From the NCBI GenBank assembly GCA_963777605.1, contig CAVZRV010000007.1, positions 608,001 to 672,000 of the forward strand: a stretch of 64,000 nucleotides of DNA. The letters run 5' to 3'. Made by a program: the position numbers and the translations under genes. This DNA is from an uncultured Acidobacteriota bacterium (GTDB taxonomy: Bacteria > Acidobacteriota > UBA6911 > RPQK01 > JAPXNP01). A model generated the notes under the pieces. It had not been told where the DNA came from. It saw only the letters and a list, made by a program, of their open reading frames with translations, and did no database searches. How positions within the stretch are numbered: the first letter of the stretch is position 1; each line of letters starts with the position of its first letter. Positions 1 to 10,260 of this stretch are shown here, one piece after another.

Positions 1-1723
1 TTTCCCATTCAATCCCCCGGATCTCTCCCGAAATCAGATTTCGGTAGGAAAGCACATCGGGAGCAACTTCAATTCGCTCGATGTAGCGATCGATCCAGTT
101 TTGAAAGATCGTGACTCCGGCGAAAAACGTCGTCCCACCCCCTTTGATTCCACCTTCAAGGTCAAGTGAGCGCTCCGGGCTGAGGCTTGCGTTTCCGATG
201 ACTTCTCCTCGACCGGTGGTTCCGGAGTAGTAACGCTCGCCGAGGGACGGAAACCGCACACCCGACCCCAGTGATCCCGTGAGTTGCAGCCCGTTCTTGA
301 GTGGAAACAAAATGCCGGCATATCCACTCCCCGCAGTATCGGAAAAAGACGGTGCCGCCCCACCGTTCTCCTGTCTCAGCAGAAGCCAACGCCCCCCCGC
401 CTCCAAAAGCGACGGACCTAACGGGAAACTCCCCGAAAGCTGAAGTCCGAGTTCGTCTTCCAAGGCGTTGTCCAGCGTTCTGAGTTGCGCCGCATCGTTC
501 GAGGCCGTGAGGTCAACCACGCGCTCTGTGGCCGATACCCTGCGCCTGCCAAAGTAGTCGAGGCCGATACGCAGGGACTTTCCTCTCTCAAGAGTGAACT
601 CCTTCGACGACTTCAGCCCAAAATCGGTCGACTCGTTTCGCACCTCCGACTTTCCTTCCGCCTCCAGAGTCTCGGTCAGCAGGTCCTGTGGATGGACGAA
701 CAGATCGAAGGAGAATCCTTTCCCGGTGCTCCCGCTGAAATCGGCGATCAGGTGGCGTTCGCGGGGATACCCGGCAATCCGCTCAGGGTAATCCGAATTG
801 GGCTTTCCTATGTTCTCACCAAAGGCGGGGAGGACAAGAAGATGAAAAGCCCGGTCCCGGGAAACCCAGTCACGCATCAGGGTACCCGACAACTGGCGGT
901 AGTGAGAGTTGATCGTCCCGCCGTCGGGCATCGACGAGTTGTCAGCCCGACGGGCTGCCACTCCGACCGACCAATGCCGGTCGCCCCAACCCGCGGTCGT
1001 GAACCCCTCGTTCCCCTGGCTTCCCCAGCCGGCCTGAAACGAGTCTCCTTGAAATCTCCGAGGCTGCACCTCGACAACTCCCCCGACAGCCCCGGAGCCG
1101 TAGTAACTCGAGGCTGGGCCGCGAATGACATCCATTTCCTCCACCAACAACGGGTCGAGAAAAGAGATTGAGACTCCAGCCCTCCGTTCACTGGTCAGTC
1201 GGACTCCGGAGATTGAGGTCAGAATTCGGTTCCGGGACATACCGCGGATTGAGTAAACCTGGAACTGACCTCCCTGCCCGTTCAGAGCGACACCGGGAAT
1301 CCGGGTCATTTGGTCGGCCAGGCGCCCGTCGGGAAGAACAGTCTCAGACACATCAACTCGACTCACAGCCGCTCCTGCCGGAGCAAATCGTTCGTCCTCG
1401 ACCACAGCGGTGACGACAACTTCGTCAACCGGTTGGGGCAAAGGTTGCAGCGTGATCCGGATCGGATCGGCAGATCTGACCATTACCCTGACTCGCGAAG
1501 GTTGCCCGCCCCCAACCAACAGAACCGCGGGGAAACCGGGGACCTCGATACTGAATTGTCCCCGTTCGTCAGTGTTAACAACACTGTCCGGGACCGACTC
1601 CAACGCAACCGATACTCCTGAAGCCGGGGTCCCGTCTCGTGCGACTACAACTCCCTCGACCTTGAGTGGGGAGGAAGTCGCTGGGGCAAACAGAAATGAG
1701 AGGGCAGCAAAAAGGAAGATCAT
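1..1723 (-). CDS. TonB-dependent receptor (N-terminal part; runs off the window edge)
   Basis: Manual translation of the minus strand from ATG at 1723: signal peptide MIFLFAALSFLFAP, TonB-box-like VDEVVVTA, plug motifs IPGVALNGQGGQFQVYSIRG and MDVIRGPASSYYGSGAVGGVV. Absent from the ORF track, presumably because no stop lies in the window. Confidence 0.88.
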   Translation of the reverse strand, partial: MIFLFAALSFLFAPATSSPLKVEGVVVARDGTPASGVSVALESVPDSVVNTDERGQFSIEVPGFPAVLLVGGGQPSRVRVMVRSADPIRITLQPLPQPVDEVVVTAVVEDERFAPAGAAVSRVDVSETVLPDGRLADQMTRIPGVALNGQGGQFQVYSIRGMSRNRILTSISGVRLTSERRAGVSISFLDPLLVEEMDVIRGPASSYYGSGAVGGVVEVQPRRFQGDSFQAGWGSQGNEGFTTAGWGDRHWSVGVAARRADNSSMPDGGTINSHYRQLSGTLMRDWVSRDRAFHLLVLPAFGENIGKPNSDYPERIAGYPRERHLIADFSGSTGKGFSFDLFVHPQDLLTETLEAEGKSEVRNESTDFGLKSSKEFTLERGKSLRIGLDYFGRRRVSATERVVDLTASNDAAQLRTLDNALEDELGLQLSGSFPLGPSLLEAGGRWLLLRQENGGAAPSFSDTAGSGYAGILFPLKNGLQLTGSLGSGVRFPSLGERYYSGTTGRGEVIGNASLSPERSLDLEGGIKGGGTTFFAGVTIFQNWIDRYIERIEVAPDVLSYRNLISGEIRGIEWE

Positions 1724-1765
1724 AACGTCCGCTTCCCCGGTCAAAGGCAGCACGAAATCAAACCA

Positions 1766-2968
1766 TCAATGCAAACCGACAGCCCCCGGCATCGCACGGA
1801 CTTCGAAATCGACCACGATCGGGTCATGGTCGGAAAGTGGCGCGGTCGAGTCATGGACGTCGGTGATGACCCGGGGAGGAGGATCAGACCGGGGAGTCAG
1901 GCCCCGGGCTGCAAACCAGTCCAGCTTGAATGAGCATCTTCCCCCGTTCTTCTCAAGCGCCCAGTTGATGAACCAGAAACACCAGTTGGGAATCCAGTCC
2001 GCCATTCGGCCGTTGGCAGCAAGGTCGGCCACGTCGTAGTGCAGAGTACATCCCCCGGGTTCATTGAAATCCCGGTAGTCAAACCCTCTCCGTTCCAGTT
2101 CCCTGAACAAGTGACGCTCGAACCAGCGGTCAGGGTAGGGGTAGTGGTCGCGGATCACGTGCCGAACTCCCATCAGAACCCGCCTGCAGTACCCCATGAT
2201 GGAGAAAAAGGCGTTCTGTGAGTTGTAGGTGGACGTGTTCCAGTCTCCACCAAGCAGTGCTGGGAGGTCGGGATGGAACTGTTCCAGGTCATCCAGGATC
2301 AGTCGCATCTGGATCATCCGGTGCTTCTGCGTCGAATGCGCATCCAGATGCGCGCTCACTACCCGAAATGGACCGAGCGGGTGGTCTACCACAGCAACCA
2401 CCGCGCGCTGGCAGCCAAGACGCTTCTCCTTCCCCTTCATCTTGTCTTTACCATTCGGCAGCGCCACGGAATGGGCTTCGCACAGCGGGTATTTCGAGAA
2501 GATTGCATTCCCGTGGAGGCCGAATTCGTTGTGCCCAGGGGCACCCGCTTCCAGGCCGCTGCCTTTCTCCAGGTTGAGGTAAGAGGGCGCAAACGCGAAG
2601 CTCATCCCCAACTCCTCAGCCAGTGCGAGTGGTACGCGCCGATTTTCGCTGCGCGCCATTCCATAGTCGAGTTCGGTCAGGATCAGCACATCGCTCTCAC
2701 GAATTACCGGGTGCTCTCGGATAACCCGCACGATGCCATCGAATTCGATGCCCCTCTCGATATTCCAGCCGGTGGCCCGGACGTGATCGGGGTTTCGGTC
2801 GAGCCCCGCAGGCCGGTTCTCCACGAGGACAGCACCCAGGACCTGTTCGATTTTCGGCTTGAGTTGACGGTAGATCGGGAGACCGACCAATTCCTCAGAC
2901 GAGTTGGCCCGGCTCAATTGTGGCAAGTAGGTCTGGAGTTGATGGTCGAGCAGATTCACGAGTTCCAA
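1766..2968 (-). CDS. Endonuclease/exonuclease/phosphatase (EEP) family protein
   Basis: Motifs GWNIERG, DVLILTELD, HGNAIFS, HLD, GGDWN, LDW and SDHDPI. Confidence 0.88.
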   Translation of the reverse strand: MELVNLLDHQLQTYLPQLSRANSSEELVGLPIYRQLKPKIEQVLGAVLVENRPAGLDRNPDHVRATGWNIERGIEFDGIVRVIREHPVIRESDVLILTELDYGMARSENRRVPLALAEELGMSFAFAPSYLNLEKGSGLEAGAPGHNEFGLHGNAIFSKYPLCEAHSVALPNGKDKMKGKEKRLGCQRAVVAVVDHPLGPFRVVSAHLDAHSTQKHRMIQMRLILDDLEQFHPDLPALLGGDWNTSTYNSQNAFFSIMGYCRRVLMGVRHVIRDHYPYPDRWFERHLFRELERRGFDYRDFNEPGGCTLHYDVADLAANGRMADWIPNWCFWFINWALEKNGGRCSFKLDWFAARGLTPRSDPPPRVITDVHDSTAPLSDHDPIVVDFEVRAMPGAVGLH

Positions 2969-3162
2969 TCAGTTCAAAAGCAAACATCCGACAGAACCGG
3001 CATTGTAAGGGTTGGTCGCAAAATCGTGCAACCGGTGACTCCTCGCGAGGCCGCACATCAGGTTGTCCGCCGCCCACCTTGTTCCTGGTTGAGCGAAAGG
3101 TCCGTCATCAAGCTATAATCGCGCCACCGTTTAATTTTCGCAGAGTCTTCGAGGAGGTCAGC

Positions 3163-3576
3163 ATGAACTGGGGGAGAATCGCCGCAGCCGGAATTGCCGG
3201 TGGAATCTGCCTTAATATCGCCAACTTCATCCAACACGGGCTCATCATGGGAACGACTTACACCAAGTATCCCATTTTCGATGTTGCGCCTGCCAACCCG
3301 TTGATGTTCACAATGACGGACGTCCTGATCGGGTTGACGGCGGCACTCCTGTTTGCAAAGACCAGGAAATCCTGGTCCGACGGTGCCGCCGGCGGTCTCC
3401 TGTTCGGGATCCTGCTGGGCCTGGTTGGCTTCTTCCCAAACTTCTATAACCCGCTGATACTGAATGGCTTCCCCTACCATCTGTCCTGGTGCTGGGGCGG
3501 GATTACAGTAATCGGCTACGCCGTTATGGGAACCGTCCAGGGATTGATCTATCGACTTCCAAAGGATGACCTCTAG
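3163..3576 (+). CDS. Small four-helix membrane protein (DUF1761-like)
   Basis: GAGGAGG RBS before ATG 3163; four hydrophobic segments. Confidence 0.7.
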   Translation: MNWGRIAAAGIAGGICLNIANFIQHGLIMGTTYTKYPIFDVAPANPLMFTMTDVLIGLTAALLFAKTRKSWSDGAAGGLLFGILLGLVGFFPNFYNPLILNGFPYHLSWCWGGITVIGYAVMGTVQGLIYRLPKDDL

Positions 3577-3630
3577 TGGACCGATTGAACCCGAGGGGCC
3601 GGCCTCGCAAGCGGGTACCGCCGCCGGCCT

Positions 3631-4101
3631 TTGGTTTTGAATGGTCTAGTGAACGATTTGTACTCCCTTCTGGGGATTTCCCCTGAAACTGCGCCTTTTT
3701 CACTTTTTTCTTGCCGTCTCCACGCACTTTTGCCCGCACGTTCGTTATTTGTAGATGGGGATAGGGGTTTGGCCCCCGCCGGAGGCTTTGCCCGGGGGCT
3801 TGGTGCGCCCGCTGGCGGATTGGCCCGGAGAGACGGGTCAGATTTGGCTCCGCGGGCGATTTCGATCTCGTTTGAGGATGGCCACCTCTTGGTGACCGGA
3901 GAACGAAAAGTGGACATGTCGGAGAAAGATCGCGTACACGTCACCGAGCGACCACGCGGCAGCTTCGAACGATCCTTCCAGCTGCCTGCATCCGTTGACG
4001 CCGCCAAGATCAAGGCCCGCCTGTCAAATGGCGTCCTGGAAGTGCGGGTGCCCAAGCGCGAGGAATCGCGTGAACGGCAAATCGCGATCAAGGTGGAGTG
4101 A
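3631..4101 (+). CDS. Hsp20/alpha-crystallin small heat-shock protein (N-terminal part garbled)
   Basis: C-terminal half is canonical (ERPRGSFERSFQLP, ARLSNGVLEVRVPK, terminal IAIK). The upstream part is not recognisable and the start is uncertain. Confidence 0.75.
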   Translation: MVLNGLVNDLYSLLGISPETAPFSLFSCRLHALLPARSLFVDGDRGLAPAGGFARGLGAPAGGLARRDGSDLAPRAISISFEDGHLLVTGERKVDMSEKDRVHVTERPRGSFERSFQLPASVDAAKIKARLSNGVLEVRVPKREESRERQIAIKVE

Positions 4102-4109
4102 ATTCCGGT

Positions 4110-4136
4110 CGGGGGAGACGTTAAACGCCTCCCCCG
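4110..4136. terminator. GC-rich hairpin between convergent genes
   Basis: CGGGGGAGACGTT-A-AACGCCTCCCCCG inverted repeat between the hsp20 stop (4101) and the NTF2-gene stop (4145); no clear U-tract. Confidence 0.5.
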
Positions 4137-4144
4137 CCGACTCC

Positions 4145-4657
4145 TTACTCGGATCCGGAACTCACTACGATGTTCCAGATCTCGGACGCGATGCGCCAGT
4201 GTCCGTCTGAACTCTTCTCGACAACCCTCATCAGATTGCCACTTTCAGTCCGGACTTGACCATCCGATCCCGAACTGAAGGCGAGGACATAATTTCCCCG
4301 CTCAACACCAAAGTCGCCATCGGCCCGGACCTCCCGGGTGCGGTAACTGAAGGAGAATTGATCTCCCGCAGTGACCCGCCGAAGGTACGCATCCAGTTGG
4401 GCCGAATCTTCGATGGGTTCCTCTCCCGGAGGCATCACCACGGGCTTTTCACCGTAGAACTCGGCAATGGCAGCAACGTCCCGTTGCGTCCAGGCCATCG
4501 CCCACCCCTTGGTCAAAGCGCGGATGGCATCTTCGGCCGGGTTCGACTTGGGGGCCTCCATCTGCTGAGTCCCGGTCTCTGCTATGGAGCAATAGGCCGT
4601 CAGTGCCGGCACGAAAAGACAAAACACGAACCAGTGAATTCGCAATCTGTGCATCAT
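4145..4657 (-). CDS. Exported NTF2/SnoaL-like (DUF4440) protein
   Basis: Signal-like N-terminus, then AIRALTKGWAMAW..DVAAIAEFY..VVMPPG and DGHWRIASEIWN. Confidence 0.8.
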   Translation of the reverse strand: MMHRLRIHWFVFCLFVPALTAYCSIAETGTQQMEAPKSNPAEDAIRALTKGWAMAWTQRDVAAIAEFYGEKPVVMPPGEEPIEDSAQLDAYLRRVTAGDQFSFSYRTREVRADGDFGVERGNYVLAFSSGSDGQVRTESGNLMRVVEKSSDGHWRIASEIWNIVVSSGSE

Positions 4658-4751
4658 TGCTCGCCTTGATATTCCAGATCGGTACCGTTTGTCAAAGCGC
4701 ATCAGGCCCGCGGACTCAATTGACGGAATCGCAGTCTATACTGGTTCCGGC

Positions 4752-5877
4752 ATGGCATCGAACTCCAGGTCGCCGCTGATCACCCTATCGGAAGACTACG
4801 CTCGCAGACGGTTTTCGAGCGATTCGACCGGGCACGACTGGTTTCATATCGACCGGGTAAGGAGGACGGCTCTCGCCATTGCTCGCGTCGAGGCCGGAAA
4901 CGCCGACGCGATGCTGGTGGAAATTGCCGCGCTTCTCCACGAGGTCGGGGACTGGAAGCTGATGCCTGGCGGAGACAACGCTCTGTGGGAAAGACTCCGG
5001 TCTGCTGGAGCCAGAGAACCGCTGATTTCCGCAATCCAGAAAATCATCGGCGAAATCAGCTTCAAGGGTGCCGGTGTCGACACCCGCCCGTTGACAGCCG
5101 AGGGCAAGATCGTCCAGGATGCGGATCGCCTGGACGCACTGGGAGCCATTGGGCTCGCTCGCGCTTTCGCCTACGGCGGGAAAAAGGGCCAGCCGATCCA
5201 TGACCCCGATGTAGAGCCTTGCCGGCACGACAGCTTCGAAGCCTACCGCAACCACATCCGGAACAACCATCAATCACTTTTACGAGAAGCTGCTTCTCCT
5301 TCGAGACTTGATGAACACCAGGGAGGGCCGTCGTCGTGCGCTGATCCGTCACCGCTTCATGGAGGATTTCCTGGCGCGTTTCCACCGCGAGTGGGAAGGC
5401 CTGGATACCACGACTGCTTCAGTTCGGATCCTCTCGGGTGGTCAGACCGGGGTGGATCGTGCGGCCCTCGATACAGCCCTCGACCTGGGCCTCCCCGCCG
5501 GCGGCTGGTGTCCTCAAGGGAGATGGGCTGAAGATGGCCCGCTCGATTCCCGCTATCCCCTTCAGGAGACTCCGTCGCCGGATCCGGCAGAACGGACGGA
5601 ATGGAACGTGCGCGACTCTGACGGCACGCTGATCCTGTTCCGCGAACGCACTTTCGGTGGGACCGCGCTCGCTGCCGAACTGGCAGAGAAACTCCATCGG
5701 CCATGTCTCATGGTGGACTTCCAGGGGAATGCGGACGTCGAACCGGCGCTGGACTGGCTGAGCAAGAATCGCATCGGCACCCTGAACGTTGCCGGACCGA
5801 GGGCCAGTGAAGACCCTTTCATCTACGAACAGGCCAGGATTTACCTCGGGCGACTGCTGTGCAAGTCGGCGACTTGA
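4752..5877 (+). CDS. HD-domain phosphohydrolase (YedJ/YpgQ-like) fused to a circularly permuted YpsA/SLOG ('Mo carrier') domain; one frameshift near 5250
   Basis: Frame 1 has [30 protein letters not shown]. The next frame has [24 protein letters not shown] and runs without a stop into [35 protein letters not shown] and LNVAGPRAS. Confidence 0.8.
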
Positions 5878-5936
5878 GGAAACCCTTCGGCGTTCGGACT
5901 CGCGTCGGAGCAAGGAATCTGTGCTAGCATCTCTCG

Positions 5937-6636
5937 ATGCCGCGAACAGTGGGAGTGCTAGGCGGGATGGGACCATTGGCCGGCGCGGTGTTCGCCCAGT
6001 ACCTGGTGGAACTTGCCCCTGCCGCGACGGATCAGGAACACATCCCGGTTGTGCTGATCAACGATCCCAATATTCCCGATCGAACCGCCTACATCCTGGG
6101 GGCGTCCACCCGTTCACCGCTGCCCCACCTGATCGATCACGCCCGCAAGCTTGAACAACTGGGAGCAGAACTGATCGCGATCCCGTGCAACACCGCTCAC
6201 GTGTTCTGGTCCGAGGTTGCTCGTTCCGTCTCGATTCCCGTACTGAACATCATTGACGAAACGGCACGGCGAATCGAATCGGAAGAGGGCAGCCGACGGA
6301 TCGGGCTACTGGCCACAAAAGGCACCGTCAAGGCTGGCCTTTACCAGAAGTGGTCTGGAGGCCGCAGAGTGCGAACTGGTCCTTCCCTCCGACGAGTTAC
6401 AGCATCGAGTACAGGCGATTATCGGGGCAGTCAAAGCAAACCGGGATCGCGGCGTTCTTGAACAGAGGTTCCGGGAAGCCATTGCGGAGATCCGCACTGC
6501 TGGGGCGGACCGGGTCATTCTCGGCTGTACCGAACTCAGCCTCATCCGCCAGGACGGTGGTTCGAGTCAAGTCCTGGACTCGATGAAGATCCTTGCCGAA
6601 GCGACTGTTGAGCAGGCCTTCCGCGACTGCCGCTGA
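5937..6636 (+). CDS. Aspartate/glutamate racemase family protein; frameshift near 6350
   Basis: GVLGGMGPLA and IPCNTAH in one frame; ILGCTELS in the second frame. Confidence 0.88.
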
Positions 6637-6734
6637 CCTCCTGCCTGCATCGAAATCGGACATCGTGTAGGGATTGGCGCAAGAATTCCTTGCACCTGTT
6701 CCGGTCCAAAGGCGGAGTTAGCGGGAATCTCCGT

Positions 6735-6751
6735 TTGGCCCCAATCTTGCG
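6735..6751 (+). promoter_or_regulatory. Possible sigma54 (-24/-12) promoter
   Basis: TTGGCCCCAATCTTGCG has GG-N10-GC spacing and lies ~28 nt before ATG 6779 with an AAGGAG RBS. Motif match only. Confidence 0.35.
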
Positions 6752-6778
6752 GTCGGACACGGTGAAGGAGAAAAGTGC

Positions 6779-7450
6779 ATGTCATTTACCAATGCTGCAA
6801 AACATCAACGAATCCAGGAAAGTCTTCTGGCCCCCCTGGAATCGAAGGTTCTGAAACTCTTCGCGCGCATCATGCCGGGCTGGGTCAACTCCGATCACCT
6901 GACGACTCTCGGGCTCCTCGGAATGCTCCTGGCAGCCCTGTTCTATTACCTGAGTCAATGGAACTCTGCCTATCTGTACCTGGTCAACCTGGCAATCTTC
7001 GTGAACTGGTTTGGCGACAGCCTGGATGGGACCCTGGCACGACATCGAAATCGTCAGCGCCCCCGCTACGGTTATTACGTGGACCACATCCTCGACAGTT
7101 TCGGAGCACTGGCGCTCGTGGTCGGGCTATCTCTCTCCGGGTTGATGAGCGAGCGGTTGGCCGCTGCGTTCCTGGTGGTCTACCTGTTGCTCAATATCCA
7201 CATCTACCTCGCCACAACTGCCACTGGAAGGTTCAAAATTTCCTTCGGGCTGGTTGGGCCAACGGAACTCAGGATCGGTCTGATGATCGGCAACCTCTTC
7301 CTGTTGAGTAGGCCGACGGTCGGCCTCTTCGGACAGCGCTATCTGCTTTTCGACGTCGGCGGAGTTCTGGGCATCGTCGTTCTGGCCGGTATTCTGCTCT
7401 TCTCAACGATTCGCGTAACCAGGGAGTTGTACTGCCTTGAGCGCCTCTAG
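6779..7450 (+). CDS. CDP-alcohol phosphatidyltransferase family protein
   Basis: Signature DSLDGTLAR...GYYVDHILD; multiple transmembrane helices. Confidence 0.92.
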   Translation: MSFTNAAKHQRIQESLLAPLESKVLKLFARIMPGWVNSDHLTTLGLLGMLLAALFYYLSQWNSAYLYLVNLAIFVNWFGDSLDGTLARHRNRQRPRYGYYVDHILDSFGALALVVGLSLSGLMSERLAAAFLVVYLLLNIHIYLATTATGRFKISFGLVGPTELRIGLMIGNLFLLSRPTVGLFGQRYLLFDVGGVLGIVVLAGILLFSTIRVTRELYCLERL

Positions 7451-7856
7451 TGTCCTGACCCGGTTTGTTCGATTCAATTCGGTGGGGCTGATCGGGTTCG
7501 GGATTCACATGGGAGTCCTCGGAACGTTGTTCCATCTGATTGGGACGAGTTACCTGACCGCCACTATCGTGGCCGTTGAAGCTGCCGTTCTCCACAATTT
7601 CATGTGGCACCAGCACTGGACCTGGAAGGAACGTCCGTGCCAATCAACTGGAGAACGTTGGAGCCGGTTGCTCCGGTTTCAGGCGTCAAACGGTCTGGTT
7701 TCACTGGTTGGGAACACTCTCTCGATGACTGCGCTGGTGGGTGTCCTGCACATGCCGGTGATGGCGGCAGCTTTCCTGTCAGTCCTTTTCTGCAGCGTGA
7801 TCAACTTCCTCTTCAGCGACCAGTGGGTCTTCCGGGTATCCGGAAAGAAAGCTTGA
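7437..7856 (+). CDS. GtrA family membrane protein
   Basis: RFVRFNSVG, HNFMWH..WTW and INFLFSDQWVF; overlaps the upstream gene. Confidence 0.88.
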   Translation: MSASSVLTRFVRFNSVGLIGFGIHMGVLGTLFHLIGTSYLTATIVAVEAAVLHNFMWHQHWTWKERPCQSTGERWSRLLRFQASNGLVSLVGNTLSMTALVGVLHMPVMAAAFLSVLFCSVINFLFSDQWVFRVSGKKA

Positions 7857-7881
7857 GCAGGCCGGGGGAAACCGCGCTTGT

Positions 7882-8607
7882 CTACTGAGCACGGGCCAGG
7901 ACAACGGTAACGTTGTCGTAGCCCCCGGCCTCCAGTGCTCCCTCGACGAGCATCGCCGGCAACTGATCCCATTCGCCACGGGAAAGGAAGCCGGCGATCT
8001 CGTTATCCGACAGGCAGTCGCTGAGGCCGTCCGTACACAAGAGAAAGATGTCACCGGGCTCGATTGCGATCTTGAAGATGTCGCAATTGACGTAGGTTGC
8101 CAGGCCCAGTGAACGCTCTATCAGGTTCTTCTGCGGGTGCATCCGGAGTTGATCTTTGCTGATGGACCCTTCCTTGAACAGGCGAAACACCGGAGAGTGG
8201 TCCTCGGTCAACTGGGTCAGCGTCCCCGCCCGAAACCGATAGATGCGGCTGTCCCCAATATGAGCGATCCAGGCCACGTTCTGATCGGACCAGGGCATCC
8301 ATATCGAACTGAGGGTGGTTCCCATCCCCATTCGCTCAGGGTGAAGTTGCTGGTCGCGGAGAATCTTCCGGTTGGCTTCTTCGATGGCATCGAGAAGGAC
8401 CTTGGCGGCATCCTGAGGGCTCCCGTGGATGCGGTCGCGAAGTGCCTCCACAGCTAGATTACTGGCTACTTCGCCAGCGGCATGTCCTCCCAGGCCGTCG
8501 CAAACCGCACAAAGACAGTCCTCGGGACGGACCAGGTACGCATCCTCATTGTTGGCGCGCACCAAACCCCGGTCTGACAGCGCCATACAACAGATCTCAT
8601 TCGGCAT
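7882..8607 (-). CDS. PP2C-family Ser/Thr protein phosphatase (Stp1/PrpC-like)
   Basis: GLVRANNED, CDGLGGHAAGEVAS, MGTT, HIGDSR, LLCTDGL and GGYDNVT. Confidence 0.95.
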   Translation of the reverse strand: MPNEICCMALSDRGLVRANNEDAYLVRPEDCLCAVCDGLGGHAAGEVASNLAVEALRDRIHGSPQDAAKVLLDAIEEANRKILRDQQLHPERMGMGTTLSSIWMPWSDQNVAWIAHIGDSRIYRFRAGTLTQLTEDHSPVFRLFKEGSISKDQLRMHPQKNLIERSLGLATYVNCDIFKIAIEPGDIFLLCTDGLSDCLSDNEIAGFLSRGEWDQLPAMLVEGALEAGGYDNVTVVLARAQ

Positions 8608-8618
8608 AGCCGCGCCTT

Positions 8619-8810
8619 TCAATCGAATCCGTTCAACATTCGGATACTGCACTTGATCATTGCGTACCCAATCAGGAAAAGCAGCAGCCACGCCCCGAGC
8701 TTCTTCCAGACTGGATAAGTCAGCTGAGTGCCACAATAGGGACAGTAGACCGATCGTTCGATGAGAATGTACTCACACTGCGGGCATTTTTCCAATCGGC
8801 TCTCGGTCAC
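8619..8810 (-). CDS. Small zinc-ribbon membrane protein
   Basis: CPQC-x10-CPYCG followed by one transmembrane helix; 11 bp upstream of the phosphatase. Confidence 0.65.
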   Translation of the reverse strand: MTESRLEKCPQCEYILIERSVYCPYCGTQLTYPVWKKLGAWLLLFLIGYAMIKCSIRMLNGFD

Positions 8811-8926
8811 GGCCTGAATCCCCTGGATATCGAGCTAATCTCCCTGAATCGCCTCCGCAGGCCCGCGCTTCCCACCTCAGGTCTCGGAACTAGGTAAAGA
8901 TTAAACCAAAAGTGGATTGCATTCAC

Positions 8927-9340
8927 CTAATTCCCACGCAGAACGATCACTTCCACCGGGACAACACCGTCGGCAATCATCTTCAATTGCTGGGCAGCCT
9001 TGTAGGAGAGGTCGATGATCCTTCCTTTTCGAAGCGTCTCGATGGGAATGCGGTCGTTGATCCGGACCTTGACCTGGCGGCCATTCTTCTTGTTGATCAC
9101 TCGAACCCAGGTACCAAAGGGGAGACTGAAGTGGGCTGCGGTCAACTTGTTCCGGTCGAAGCGCTCGCCGCTGGCCGTGATCTTCCCGTGATACCCGTCT
9201 CCCCGCCCATACCAGGTCGCGAGCCCCTCCTGACGGCTTTCCACCTCGCTGCCCCCCGGCGGGGGCAACACCCGAGGCTTTTTCCCGCAGCCGGCCGCAA
9301 CCAGAAGAAGGAAAAGCAGCGTCAGGACCCGGACTCTCAC
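8927..9340 (-). CDS. rlpA: Septal ring lytic transglycosylase RlpA family lipoprotein
   Basis: Lipobox VAAGC; GLATWYG, TASGERF, TAAH.SLPFGT, VRINDR and IIDLSY.AA. Confidence 0.9.
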   Translation of the reverse strand: MRVRVLTLLFLLLVAAGCGKKPRVLPPPGGSEVESRQEGLATWYGRGDGYHGKITASGERFDRNKLTAAHFSLPFGTWVRVINKKNGRQVKVRINDRIPIETLRKGRIIDLSYKAAQQLKMIADGVVPVEVIVLRGN

Positions 9341-9382
9341 AAACCTGTTTCTATCAGCAAGGGCTGTTATTATCGTTTCATC

Positions 9383-10178
9383 ATGGCCGGCCCACTGGTT
9401 ACCTTCAGCAGCGACTTCGGCACGCGGGAACATTACGTCGGGGCAGTCAAGGGAGTACTGCTTTCGACGAACCCGGACGTCCGAATTGTCGATCTGTGCC
9501 ACGATATTCCTTCTCACGACGTCCTTGCCGGTGCTTTTTCCGTTGCCGGAAGCTGCCCGCTGTTTCCCTCGGGGACCATCCACCTGGTAGTGGTAGACCC
9601 GGGCGTGGGTTCAAACCGGAGAGCCCTGGTCGCTTCTACGGAACGGCACCACTACGTCGCGCCGGACAACGGCGTTCTCTCCCTCCTTCTCGAGAGAGAC
9701 AGTGTCAAGGGTTGTATCAATCGAATCGGAACACTATTTCCGGCATCCGGTTTCTTCGACTTTCCATGCCCGTGACATTTTCGCTCCAGTGGCAGCCTGG
9801 CTCTCGAAAGGTATTGACATCTCCAAGTTCGGACCGGTTATCACCGAATACAAGCGCCTCAGCCTGCCCGCTGTCCAGAAGTTGGAGGCGGGCGGCCTCC
9901 AAGGCCTCGTCCTCCATATCGACAAGTTCGGGAATATCATCACCAGCTTTCGCATCGACCAGTTGCCGAACCTTTTGGAGACGGGCCGTTCAAGCCGAAT
10001 TGAGGTTGGAGGCCATGTGATCGAAGGCCTTGTGCCGTGTTACGAAGATGGGCCCGAAGGGAAGCCGTTCCTGATTGCCGGATCCAGTGGCTATCTCGAA
10101 ATCGCAGCTCCGAAACAGAGCGCCGGTCGTCTTCTCAACCTTCGACGAGGAAACCGTCTCGTACTGTTCAACGACTGA
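9383..10178 (+). CDS. SAM hydroxide adenosyltransferase / chlorinase-fluorinase family (DUF62); frameshift near 9710
   Basis: SDFG, VVDPGVGS and APDNG in one frame; STFHARDIFAP, IDKFGN and GSSGYLEIA in the next. Confidence 0.9.
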
Positions 10179-10260
10179 TAGCCTGGACGCCCGGCAGTTC
10201 CCGAGCAATCAACGAGCCGCCACCCGGGCGTGAATTGGAATTTTCGAGAAGACCAAGCTT

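Noticed and set aside
485-1621. Plus-strand ORFs of 100-228 aa
   Set aside because: Antisense shadows of the minus-strand TonB-dependent receptor.
5240-9720. Programmed ribosomal frameshifting in the HD, racemase and DUF62 genes
   Set aside because: No slippery heptamers at the breaks, and these families are not known to be recoded; sequencing indels are simpler.
9383-10178. True fluorinase or chlorinase
   Set aside because: The DUF62 Asp/Arg/His-type motifs (SDFG, NRR, STFH) fit the common SAM hydroxide adenosyltransferase, and there is no halometabolite context.
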